Below, one piece after another: positions 1 through 12,130 of a stretch of DNA of 64,000 nucleotides. Position 1 is the stretch's first letter. Every line of letters starts with the position of its first letter. Origin of the DNA: Rhodosorus marinus CCMP1338 (taxonomy: Eukaryota; Plantae; Rhodophyta); NCBI GenBank assembly GCA_029953675.1, contig JAMWBK010000009.1, positions 1,426,001-1,490,000 of the forward strand. Direction: 5' to 3'. The notes under the pieces are model-generated. The model worked only from the letters and a program-made list of their open reading frames with translations, was not told the origin of the DNA and searched no databases. The translations under genes and the position numbers were made by a program.

Positions 1-1385
1 TGACTGAAACTTTTCCACTACCTGATATATTGCTTGCTGAAGTCACAATTACTTCTTCGCAAACCATTTCCTTAGATTAGGAATATTGAGAAAATAAGAT
101 TTAGGGGAAGAGGAGGAGAAATAAAAACTGCAGCCCTAAAATCGCCCTTTCAAAAAAAACCAACCAAAATAAGTAAAAGCGAAGGAGAAGAGGCGCGCAC
201 TCTCCCGCTCTCTCTCTCTCAGGGCTCCGCGACCACTTGTTTTTTTTGGGTGTGTGTGTATCTCCAATTTGACGAGGGTGGCGACTCATGTCAAATACTG
301 AAAACAGGCAGCATCGTTTTTGGTTTTCTTTTCTCGGAAGTCTCAGAACAGGAAGTCAATGAATGAAAGATATGTTTTCGTTGCTCCTGATGCAAATGTC
401 AGCCTGTGTAACAACAAAAAAAAATTCCCGTTTGAGCGGTGAGCTTCAATGCTCTGTTGAAGGGGGTGGGTATAAAATAGAAGAAGAAGAAACGTCAAGG
501 AAAAAACGAGATTTTAGAAAGTTCAACCCCAGAATAGATTTACAGTAATCCCCTGGGAACATTTTTTTTGTTGGTGCTCTTCGCGTGGATCTGTTCCGAA
601 CTGCTGAGTCAAAATGTCAAACTTTAGTGCCTCGAATTCGTTTACAAATATCTCAAACCTCCACTTCCCCCCCCCCCCCTCCTCCTCTTTTCGCCTTGAA
701 GTCGCAAAAAAAAAATTTCAGACCTGGCGATGCCATTTTCAGGTCATACAATAAAACTATCCAGGGGTAAAATTTACTCCTTTTTCACCAATAATATCCA
801 AATCTTTGAATTCCAATCACACAACCATCAACCCCCCAACGAGCTGCATTCCTGTTTTATGCCTTCCACGAGCGAAACCTGTTCAACCCCAACCCCCCCT
901 CTTCAAACGCACACATGTCTTCTTTCTGCGAAACAAGTTCTTTATTACTTTTTTTTACTATATTTTTCTTCTCATAAAGCAAAAGCGGGCAAATGAGCGT
1001 ATCTTTTCAAGTAGTTCCGATACCAGTGGTTTTTTCTTCTTCTATTTTTGATATGGAAAATTTTCGAAAAAATTTGCTAGTACACTGCGCAGCCTTGTGA
1101 GGATTTTAGGACCGATCGTTGTTTTTGATCGTTTTTGAATGGGTTTCCACTTTACAACAACCTTCGAATGGAGTTGGTACTTAGAGGTTTCTTGCTTTTT
1201 GGGTGTGCCGTGGAGGTGGGGGGGGTTGGGTTGCGGAGTTGAGGAAGGCTGAGTTGGGTTGGAAAGGGGGAGGGGGGGGGTGGGGGTGTTGAATAGGGAG
1301 GGGTATGGGGAGGGTGAGAGGAAACTGGATTGGTTGATGGGTTGTTGTTTTTTGTTGGTAAGAGGGAGAAGGCTTGAAGGAAAGC

Positions 1386-2492
1386 ATGGATGCGGAGTGT
1401 GATGGCTCTAGGGCTGACTTCGTCGCTGTGTTGCGACTACAGTTGATGGGGGGGGTGATGGGTCGTGATGATTTGAAACGGGGTGAGAGGAAGTCAACTT
1501 CGTTCTGGTCAAGTTTATGGACTGGGAAGGTGGACGTGAAGAGCATTGAGCAGATGCCGTTTGTTGATAGGCAGGAATGTCTGAAGGAGATTTGGCTGTC
1601 GGAGGTGCTTTCGGATTGGGAGAAAAGCTGGAAATCGGAGAGAGCGAGGGAGCTTTACTATGCTGGCGTTCCAGTCATGCTGAGGGGCAAGGTGTGGGGG
1701 ATGTCCATTGGTAACGATCTTCAGATTGACCCGTCAATGTATTCGGAGTTGGTTCAATTGGCGAGGGATAGAAGGGCCCAGTGCGATGAGGATGATATTT
1801 ATGCGGAGAAGAATCGGCTTTTGGCGAAAACTGTGGAACACCTTCATATCGACGTGCCGAGGACAATGCCGCACTTGGAAGTGCTTCAAGATGAACAGCC
1901 AGTGAAGATTTCTGAGAACGTGGGAAAGGTCCTAGAGGCGTTCCTCATGCTTCGGCCCGATATTGGCTACTCTCAAGGAATGCTGTTCCTTAGCTCAATG
2001 CTTTTGCTTTATTTGGATCCTGAAGCCGCGTTTGTAGCGTTCACAAATTTGCTCGATAAGTCGCGGTTGCTCGACTTCTACCAGAACAGTGCGGATAAGG
2101 TGGAGCTCTATATGAATGCATTTGCGCAGTTGGTCAGCGAAAAACTGCCTAAGCTGCATGCGCATTTTGTCAAGTTGGGCGTCGAACCAAGCATGTTTCT
2201 GTTGAACTGGTTAATGTCAGCATACTGTCGTGTCCTCCCCCTTGACCTTGCAAGCAGAGTTTGGGATTTGTTCGTTAGCGAAGGAGATACCACTCTCTTC
2301 AGCGTTGCGCTCGCTATTCTGGAGAGTCTTCAGGAGGAGTTGTTAACGCTGGACTTTGACTCGTGCTTGCGTACGTTATCTCAGCTACGGAAACGAACAA
2401 TGGATCAGGACGCGCTTATCCGTGGAATCAAAAAAATCCGACTCTCGGAGAAGAGCATAGACGATGCCTTGGGAAAGTGCAGCCGGAAGTGA
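1386..2492 (+). CDS. TBC-domain Rab GTPase-activating protein, TBC1D12/TBC1D14-like; single exon
   Basis: First ATG of ORF 1374..2492 is at 1386. Motifs: WLSEVLSDWEKSWKSERARELYYAGVPVMLRGKVWGMSIGN (TBC1D12/14-type), HIDVPRT (Arg finger), GYSQGM (Gln finger), FLLNWLMSAY, LPLDLASRVWDLF. Confidence 0.9.
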   Translation: MDAECDGSRADFVAVLRLQLMGGVMGRDDLKRGERKSTSFWSSLWTGKVDVKSIEQMPFVDRQECLKEIWLSEVLSDWEKSWKSERARELYYAGVPVMLRGKVWGMSIGNDLQIDPSMYSELVQLARDRRAQCDEDDIYAEKNRLLAKTVEHLHIDVPRTMPHLEVLQDEQPVKISENVGKVLEAFLMLRPDIGYSQGMLFLSSMLLLYLDPEAAFVAFTNLLDKSRLLDFYQNSADKVELYMNAFAQLVSEKLPKLHAHFVKLGVEPSMFLLNWLMSAYCRVLPLDLASRVWDLFVSEGDTTLFSVALAILESLQEELLTLDFDSCLRTLSQLRKRTMDQDALIRGIKKIRLSEKSIDDALGKCSRK

Positions 2493-4338
2493 AACCACGC
2501 AATATCTGGTTCTCACAAACGCTGCCGATCTGATGTTGATATGACGAAGAATCTGTACAGGGAGACAACCCTTGAGGGAGCACCGTGAATGTATATGCTG
2601 AAAGAATCCTTATCTCAAATGTGTGTTGGTGAATTTCATTATTCTATATGACTAGTTAACTTTTTTTTATCCGATGGAACGTCGTAAAAACCCGTTTACG
2701 CATTACAACATGATGAGCACCCCAGCGGCGGAACATGAAAATGCCCTACTGCATTCAAACAACTACAGGCCTTCTGCGCAGTACCTTCAATGTTCTGTCC
2801 GTAGAACAATCAATGTCATGAAGAAGAACTCAGCCCCATAAGAGTCTGGAGGACAAAAAGTGCTTGGCTTTTCAGGCACGCTTTCCCTCAGGACGAGAAA
2901 AAGGTTGCCCAGAGATAAAACCAATTTGCACGACATAAGCAGTGCCGACGAATGTCCTTTGGCCCCAGCTTGTGGTGCTCGCTCACAAGTCCACTACGTA
3001 AACAAACTCACTCTCGGGCAGAGCTGAAAAAGGTGCTGCAGGTCAACCATCATGTACGAGTTTATTGTTTGCTTTCAACCAGGCATTGGCAAGACAGACA
3101 AAATGTAGCGCAACTCGATTAGCCCGTTGTCCGTCCAAATGGGTTTCGCGCTTCCAACCTGTCGGCGTCCCACAACCCCATTATGGAAGTCTCCTCCAGG
3201 CAAGCAAAGTTCACCTTCCGTCTTTGTATGGCGCGGTCGCAGTCATTTAAATGAAATAAAGGGAGACCAGGTACAGGCCGGGGAATGGAACTCAGAGCTT
3301 TGCCACTAACCAATCGTGAACCCGAAGATCTGTTTGAGTCAACACAACTCACATTGCACTGGATTGTCTAGTATCAAAGAAAGCTCAATATGATAAGTTA
3401 CATATTCCGTGAACTCCAACAACCAGCAAACACAACCTTCCAACGAGTCCTGGCAATACCATTCCTTGCCTTCTGAAGAGGGCCTCGGCATTCACTGGTG
3501 CTGAGTAGTTATCCACATCGTCCTCTCTGAAGCATTTGACATCGCCGCATTAAGCACTATCGGAGCCAACGAGGCTGAAGAGCTCCTCAGTTAATCTCAT
3601 GACTTTGGAACACCGATGCCTAGACTGACCTTGTTCGGGGAATAAGCGTGGGAGAAATGACTCAAAGCAACAAAGACGCGTGTGCCAAGCCGTTTGCAAA
3701 TTGTACCAGAGGCGTCCCTCTAAAGCAGCTCGCAGGCAGATCTGTTCACCGCGTGGAGTTTCGAAAGGTGGTGTATGAACGCTGTTATCATATAAAGGAC
3801 ACCGTCTTTAACACCTCATGAATTCTCAGAAGGATCAGCCTCTTAACGAAACCAACCACCGTCATCGCCACTCAAATCCCGCCGTTCCCACCTTCTCAAT
3901 TTAAAAACAACCAATATTCTATAAACTTGCAGTGGAGATTTTCCAACGGATTTTACATTAATCCAAAATTCCGATGGTGTGAGCTTTTTTCATAGTGCAA
4001 CCCAAGAAAGCGGAAATTGATATGCCGTCGGACAAGAATACGAAGGAAAATTTTTTTTTGGCCTCTGTATTTTTGGGGTTATTTAGATGGGAATTGATCT
4101 ATTTCTGAATTTTTGTTTTGAATTGGGGGGAATGGGATGGGGGGTTTTGGGTATTGTATTGGGTTAGCCAAGTACTGAAGAGGTGAAGCTGTAGTGATAG
4201 CACTGATCGTAGGAAAAGGCCACAAGGTTTGATATAACGTCTTTATGAATGTTTATCCTAGTCCGACTTGGGGGAGTAGTGATCGGGAACCCGTTAGTAG
4301 CTGTGAGTTGTGTTGGGGTTGGATTGGTTCTGTGGAGA

Positions 4339-5737
4339 ATGGGGTGTGTTAGCGGGAAAGAACAATCTTCTCCGGTGCAGAAGGCTGCTGCTAAGCCTTC
4401 TGCAAAGCCTGCTGCGGCAAAAGCTCCGGTAAAGACACCGGAACCAGTGAAAGCCGAACCGGAGCCGCTGAGGCCTAAAGTGACCATCACAGAGACAGAT
4501 AAGGTGACCCTCCAGCTCAGATCTACAAAGGATGAGCTCAACAGGTTGAGGCAGAGAAGTGAAATCGCTATGGAGAAAGACAAAGAAGTAAGCTCTTCGT
4601 GCTGTTCTTGTTTCACGTTACTAAACCCGTCACTCACAGACGGCCCTCATTCTTCGAAAACCATTTTGTCTTCGCGTCCTGGAAAGGTCGCGAAAGTGCT
4701 CTACACTGAAGGCGATAAAGACGGAGCGCTTCTGGTTATGAGAAAATTGAGACTATCTAAGAACTCTCTTACAAATGCTGAAAATATGATACGTAAGGTG
4801 GAACAGCAGCTAAGCACACTTGAGACTGCGCAGGCGAATAAGGAGATGTTTGATGCCCTGGAGGCCACTAACGAGGCTATGAAGAAACTGGAGAATAACG
4901 TGAAAATTGAGGACGTTGATAAGTAAGTGATCAATCTCCAAGTCTCAGCCTAAAGCAGGCGACCAAGAATATGACCCTGTGCGACTGACCACGCGTGGTT
5001 TGCTCCGAACAGTCTTCTGCAAGACCTCGAAGAGCGGAAAGCCAAAACTGAAGAGATCAGTGCGCTTCTCGCGGAGGAGAATGATCCTGTGGCGGAGCTT
5101 GAGGCTGAGGACGATCTCAAGAAGCTTGAGAAGCAGATGAAGAAGGAGTCTATTGAGGAACTGTTGAGACCAGCAACTGAAGAGGAACTCCTTGAGAAGG
5201 TGTGCCGATGTCCACTTCTTGTTTCAACTGTAAAACTGCGCAATGGGTGGCTAAAGTCGTAGCTGCTCTCGCTTTCTTGTGTCGCACAGCATACGAGCAT
5301 CCAGAAGAAAACACCGCTCACAGCTAAATCAAACTACGACATTGCTACGGTTAACGAAGACGAAGTAGAGGATCTGTTGAAACCCGCTGAACCCGTAGAC
5401 ACTGCGGCTTCTGCAGAAGAGGTAAGCAGGATAGGAACCTTATGTGATCTGCAAATCTATAGCGGTGATAAAAGCTTCCTTCAGTGCACTCACACCGGAT
5501 TCTCTCATGTCTGACCACCAGGTTGAGGTAGTTGATGATGTTGATGAGCTATTGAAACCTGCTGAACCAGACGCGGTGGAGGAAGACATTGAAGACGATG
5601 AAGACACTAAAGTCGATGAAGACATTGAAGATGATGAAGACGATGAGGAGGTTGAACATGTCGCACTGGGCGATACGACTGAACAGGTTGAATCTCAAGT
5701 GGAGGAACTCTTGAGACCTGAGCCCGTTGCCATGTGA
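4339..5737 (+). CDS. VPS20: ESCRT-III Vps20/CHMP6 (Snf7 family) with an acidic repeat-containing C-terminal extension; 5 exons
   Basis: Starts MGCVSGK (N-myristoylation-type). Snf7 core: EKDKE/VAKVLYTEGDKDGALLVMRKL...EMFDALEATNEAMKKL. Inferred exons 4339-4587, 4687-4922, 5013-5199, 5290-5421, about 5522-5737, joined by GT-AG introns that keep the frame. Confidence 0.85.
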
Positions 5738-5897
5738 GCTTTGGTTTGTCCAAGCTTAGGAAATGGAGCTCGTTTTACCCCTTAGCTTTGTTGATCTTGT
5801 ATTAAACACGCTGGATATAAAGCCCTTCCTGGCGGTCGGGGGTATGTACAATATATGCATTTGGGTCAGCATACTCTTACGTAGCTACAGGCTGATT

Positions 5898-8800
5898 CTA
5901 TTGATCATCATCGCTGTTGGCGGCCGCCTCTTCAAACATTTTCAAACCGTCGGGGCGCTCTTCATCGTTGTTTTCTGTCGCTCCTTCGGCCGAGCCTTCA
6001 TTGGTTTCCGATGGATTCGATTCCGAAGCCAATTCCTCGTGATTCTGGTCTTCCTCCTTGCTTGGTGCCTCGGGCAACTGACTCAGCTCGGACTCGCCAC
6101 AACTCCTGACCGTGCTCGCTTGGGTAGCGGTTTCAGTGTCACCCGCTCGATGATAGGCTTGCGATGCCACAACGTCGCCCTGCAGATTCCTATGCTTCAA
6201 ATTACCCATCCAAAAGGCAGAGCTCGCATCGTTCGACTCCAAGAGTCCCTTGACACTGAAAATTACTGTCTCCAGAGCGCGCTTGAGGCTCGGTACGAGC
6301 GGTGTTTGTTTAGAACTTTTCTGGGCCTTGACATGCGTGCAAATATGCTGGAGAACCCTCGTGGAGCGCTGAAAGTCCTTAATTAGTTGCAAACTCTCCT
6401 GTCTGTGAGTGTTGAGCCTTTCCCGAAGACAAGGTATCATTTTGCCACTGAAGGCTTGTGCCACAGTCCTCCCGCACTTCATCAGGCTACCAAACACAGT
6501 GGGCTGGTCGCGCGACCGGTCAACGAGTTCACTGTGGGCATTGAACAGGGCGCGAAGTTGATCGATATTCGAGGGACAGTTTGCAGCGACGCGCTGCAGT
6601 TCATCGAGAAGGACTTTTACAAGCGTCGTGTTCTCGGTCGGGCGCTTCAGCATATTGGAAATCACATCCAACTCGTCCGAGCTCAACTTCATCCTCATAC
6701 CTACCAGCTCTGCAACATAGTTTGACACACGTCCGTGCTTCTCGGATTCTTCCAGGGCCCGGTCAAGAATCTTATCAATCTGAGATGCAACCTCGCTTGC
6801 GAGCTCCGCGCTTCCAGTCCTGAGTGCTGCAGCAGTCAGTAGTCGAGCAAACTCCATCTTCGTAACAAGGTCATGGGATTCGTCATCGTCCTCCATACTG
6901 CTTGTCGAAATCGCGGTACGCAACGGAGTTAGTGTCTGACCTGCCAGAGTGGAGGTGCTAAGCTATCGTACCACTCCATCCTGGCGACGAGCGAACGGAA
7001 GAACTTCGTCCCGAGTTCTGCTGGCTCCCATTTTCCGATCTCCGTGTCATCATCGTTGGATTCCTTCGGTGCTAAGTTGAACAGAAGCCCATAGAAGTCT
7101 TTCTCGTGCACTAGACCTTCGTTCCCTGTAGAGAAACGGAAGAAGGGAAAGCTCAAGAGTATACTTTGTTTAGACATACACTTTCTTCGAAATCGAGGAC
7201 TCATGGACGCTTACCGATTGCAACAGCAAGGCAATGCAAAGCCATCCTGAGACAGACGCAGTCGCTTTCGTCCATCGCCCCTTCGCCAGGGTTGAATACG
7301 AAAACTCTCAAGGAAGTCAAGGCTGTGATCGCGGTTTTCCGCTCGCGCGGTAGGTACCGGCTTCTATGGGTACAGAACAGATTCAACTCATGGAGCACAA
7401 GCTGAGCCTCTCCTGTACTCACCGATGCGTTGTGCGCGTTTGAGACAATTACTCCCGTCACAGCCACGTCCAAAGGACGTAGAAAGTCGCTCAGTTTGAG
7501 GGGTTTTGTCTGCTGTGTCCGCATACCAATCTGACCGGTCAGTGCGCTGGGTAGCACAGTTGTGAATCCTGTAGGCAAAATCTTACCGCTTTTACTCCGA
7601 GAAACTCACCCACGGCGTCCTTACAAACCGGCTGCTGGTTTATCAAATCTTGCAGACTTTCCTCTATAGTGTACAGGTTCTCGATCCTCTCGCAAATAGC
7701 TCCTTGGATATCAGCTGATGTTGAGGTCGAGAACGCATTCACGATGCATCTTATCCACATGGCGGCTAGCAGAAGCGAGGTCGCTGCAGCGACTTGGACT
7801 GGCATGGCTTGGTCCGATAAGGAATCCAGTACAGAATCTGCTGGCATCCTGGCCGAATGAACAAGTGCATTGATGTCAGACGCTTCCTCCCTGTGTCAAA
7901 GAAGATCGAGCTTCGTCCAGAGTTTAGGACAAGCTCACCATAGAGGGCAACCCAGAATTGCATCAGTGTCATCCAAAGATCCGCTGGCCAGACGCTTGGT
8001 TGTCTCGCAGAGAAGTTCTATCAGCGGACACAGCGTGTGAGCATCACCGAGACGGCCTTTATGTGCCAGGGCAACAATGGGAATAGAAATGGAAGCGTCT
8101 TCCCCGTCCAAATTGTACTTGGCTTCGATGTCCATATCCAGGATAGAGCTAGGTTTGTCCTCCAATTTTCCAGCAAATCGAGCTTCGAATACCTTGAGAC
8201 ATTTCCTCCGAATCGCCTTCGTCAAGGATCTCTCCATGCGATCTTTTTCACAGGTCAGGGCAAGTTGCTTGTAAGCGAGAGCCTCTGCGCTTCTGGAGGG
8301 TGGCGCGAAGCGATTGGTCAGCAAACAAGTGCCCAACATCAGCAACGCAAAATCACCGGGATTCGGAATATCTCCAACTCCATACCGATTGTTCTCAACG
8401 GATTTGAACAGCAGAGCGAGAATCGCTTTCGCTTGATCCTGGGCGGCTTTTTCCTCGCTGAAGACCTGCGCCAGGGTACAAGACCCGAGAACTCCAATAC
8501 GCCTGAACTTTTCGTCGACATGAGTCAGCTCCTTTCGGAGAATGATCTCCAGAGACTGGTCATTCTCAATCTGTCCTGAGCGTATTCGAACAGTTCCTAG
8601 GGGGTACATAAGCAACATTTTCTAGTTGAGCCTTACTAATCGGAGCCGTTCCAAGGCCTTCTCGGCAAATGGTAGCCGTTCGCATACCCAAGAGTTCGAA
8701 AACTTGCGAGACTTGCTCGTCCTCAAACGACTCCAGGAAATCCAAAAGACCCCCCAAAAATGGCATGAAAGCAGATAGGTCGACATTCTGAGCTATGTAA

Positions 8801-10704
8801 ATAAGGCAGTCAAAAGCTCTCCTCACGATCTTTGTCTTCCTGCATCCGACGTGCTCCAGAAGAGATCCGATTATTTCGCGGTGGAGATCATTGCGGTCAT
8901 TCATCTATGCAGACAGCCCACAACGAAAATTTAAGAGCGGAACTTAATGGTGCACTTGTGATCCAGAAACTTGTCAGGATGCGCTTGCATGGTAGGTTTC
9001 CGTTAGTACCTTGTACAGAAGTAGGTACTGCTTTTGAGAAATTTCAGCGGCGCTCTCTGAACCAGAGCACATCGTAAGATTCGCGAATTTGATCATGGAT
9101 GTAGAAAACCCAGAGAGCGCATCTTGATGGGTTTCAAACGCCGAGGAGAACAGATCAGAAGAAATATGACCTCTGATCAAGGCAAGTTTCACGAGACTCT
9201 CGATCCTCTTTCTAAACGATAGAACATCTAACAGCGCGAGCATCATCCAGAGGTCACCGGGGCAGTACTTTTCCTGAGAGTCTAAATTCAAGAGCGTTTC
9301 AGAAAACAGGTCATAGGGGATCACACGCACATTCCGCCTCCAATGTGCTGAATACCTTTCAAGCTCTGCATGGCCATATCTCCGAATTCTAGTCGCGCTC
9401 TAATTCCGTCCCTAAATTCCTCCAGCGCTAGCTTAGCCGCACCTGGGCCTAGACTTCGTTGGGCGAATATTCTACGCATCTTGTTTACAGATTCAGGGAT
9501 CAAGAAGCTTGGCGCGCTGCATACCAAGAAACGAATCATGAACGGCACATGATCAGGTTCGGAGCTTGAAAGCGCGCGCAAAACTGTGTTGCACGCTGTA
9601 GATGCCCTGCGAACAAGTAGACGGGTGGCTCCAAACGTTAGCTTTTCTTGTTTCCAAGTACTGCAGTATGGCGAGGGTTCGTGCCAAAAAATTGCACTTA
9701 CTGAGAACCGAGAATCAACCCATTGAGTGCACGAAGAATTGGCTCCGAGAGTTCTGGTGAGTTCTCCAACAACGTGATGAGAACATCCACAGCGGTCGAA
9801 TGCTGCGCATCTTGAACAAGTTCTGGCGTTACAAGGATTAATTCTCTTTGTATCCGCTCTGGGCACGCGGAGATAACATCTAGCAAGGTCTCCGATAGCG
9901 CAGCTCCGTCTACTACGAAGTCAAGCCAACGCATTTGACTCACAGCCAGCTTCGCCAAGTCCGTGTACGACTCTCCTCCTTCGTCTATACAGCTTCCATA
10001 GTATGGTGTTAGCGATTGCTGCGCTGTAGCAACAGAGCAAAGCAAGAGCAGAGCGCACCCTCCTCCATGGTCAACTCGGGAATTCTTTGGAGCAGTACGT
10101 TGAGTACCCCAGTCTGTAGGGAGTCTATCGCCAGCAACACCTTCACGAGCGTATCTCGTCCGAATAGGAACTTTGAGCTTGTACACTCGTCCGGAGATCT
10201 GAAAGGTACCAAAGATCTTCGAAACTTCTCCACGTCGGACCATGACTGCTCCAGGTTGGCCATGATATCAGCAATTCGGGCAGAGGAAGCACTAGACTCA
10301 GCGATTATGCCGAACCTGGTATGCGGGGCCAGGAGAGACCACCGAAAACTGTGAGCCCGCGTGACCATACAATTAACCCTGTGGACGCGCGACCTTTTTT
10401 TTGTTTGTACCGCAGGATTAAAGTAATTAGATTTTCTGCTGAACCTACCGTAGCTCTCTGACCAACTGATGCACATTCTCCACCACGTAGTGCCCTCCGC
10501 ACGGGCTGATTCTGAGCCCCCCTTTCAGCAATTTTTCCTTCAGTTCCCCTTCGTCAAACTCCTGCTCCAGATCTTTCAAACGAAGTTGACAATCAGTACA
10601 GCACTCGGAAGCTTGCAGTCAACTATCGAATTCAAAGCATGAATCTACTCACCAACCGAGTCTACGGCATCTGACCTGGATCTTTTCCCAGGGCTCGAAC
10701 TCAT
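5898..10704 (-). CDS. FANCD2: Fanconi anemia group D2 protein; multi-exon
   Basis: Successive minus-strand ORFs carry FANCD2 motifs: DTLVKVLLAIDSLQ, VSQMRWLDFVVDG, ILRKELTHVDEKFRRIGVLG (the Lys at 8532-8534 matches the monoubiquitination site), SLDDTDAILGCP, WIRCIVNAF, QRSTRVLQHICTHVK, AFWMGNLKHRNLQG. ATG at 10704 (MSSSPGKRSR) is followed by a GTGAGT donor. Confidence 0.92.
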
Positions 10705-12130
10705 TCTTACATCTAAACGCCTTCACAGTTCATCAATTCCACGACAACAAGTTTCCACCTTTGTAATCTACGCTGCTTTAAAACGCGCACTTGAAGCGAC
10801 CACATCTCCCCCGTCCAACTCTTCACAGGCTCAGTCCGACGACACAGAACGCCCAACACATAAACAGAAGAATATCTTGCGACAGGAAAGGAAAGAATTT
10901 AACAAAAATCACCAGGCCGCATTAAAAATATGTATTTATAAACAGTCTGAAAGATAATCCTAACACAAAGAAAAGAATCAAGAGTTCGAGCAGCTGCCCT
11001 TCCCTTTCCTCCCCCATCCCCAACCTCATTCACCTTTCCCAATCACTCAAATACCAATGTTTCTCCCTAACTCCAGATTGGTGAAGTACTATCTGTACAT
11101 TAAACAATATTTTATTTTATATAATTGCAAATATATCTTTTATGAATAGCACAAATAAATAACCCACTAAGCCCTAAAATAAATCTAATATTGAAATTTG
11201 TTAATGTATAATAGATATTTTTGGTCGTCTACGTCGCAGTTGTGTTTTTCTTCCTTTTTTTATGGTACTGGGTAGGTCAAGTTTGGGCGTCTGTGAATCC
11301 TGCTCGAGAGCTTGCATCTGATGACGTTAATGTTGTGTTGGCTTATCTACTGAACGAGGTTTGTTAGTCCAAAATTTTTCTGGTTTTAAAAGCCATACAG
11401 GAAATATGGATTAACCCCGTTGATTCCTCAGACGTGGGCTTTGGAAAACCCTCCCGAGAACTCGGAGGTGAGGACTCGCGCGATGAGCTAGGGGCGCCGT
11501 TGTGGAAACCTGTTTATCAAAGCCAGACAGTCCTCGTCATCATCCTATTCTGGATTGATCAGATCAAGTACTGATGAATGAGACAGATAAGAATGGATTG
11601 AGTGCGCCCAGCAGGACCTTATTCCGGGCACTCTGGCTCGAAAACTGACACGGCAGGAGAGCATCTAAACTCGTTTTCTCTTGTCGTAAGCTAAGAATGG
11701 TGAAGAAAAGAGAAGCAGAACTTTGCTGGGAATATCTGCTCCAGGGAAAGGCAGATTACCAGAAACCTAGTGCGTATCGTGGCCGAACCTTGGCACTACT
11801 TGCTGCTGCCTGAGTGCACCGGAGGTCGTTCCGACATGTCTAGAATCCACTTCCACTGTTCTGAAAGGAGAAAATAACTAAATCAGTCAGGACGACTTAC
11901 TAACCTCAAAAGCTCCAGAACAGCTTTTCCTATTCAAAACTCGTGATGTCGAGTTTGACGTACAGCGAATAGAAGGAACCATTTTCGTGAAGAATTTGGA
12001 CGTTCCGTTTCTGGCGTTTCAAAGTTCGGATGCAAACGGATTTTGGTTTTGGTGATAGGAAAAGGCGCGAACTGGTAAAGTTCAAAGTTTTTTGGTCCAT
12101 AAAGCGATAAAAGATCAGCGCCTTCATGTT

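Noticed and set aside
101-1100. Short ORFs at the window start
   Set aside because: Low-complexity, homopolymer-rich promoter or UTR-like sequence with no motifs.
5763-6386. 207-aa + strand ORF, and similar long antisense ORFs (8037-8579, 38778-39539, 62522-63466)
   Set aside because: They are shadows of well-supported genes on the opposite strand.
11572-11650. Possible C/D snoRNA (CTGATGA...CTGA); other ATGATGA boxes at about 2709, 28004 and 59154
   Set aside because: No convincing terminal stem, internal boxes or recognisable guide; expected by chance.
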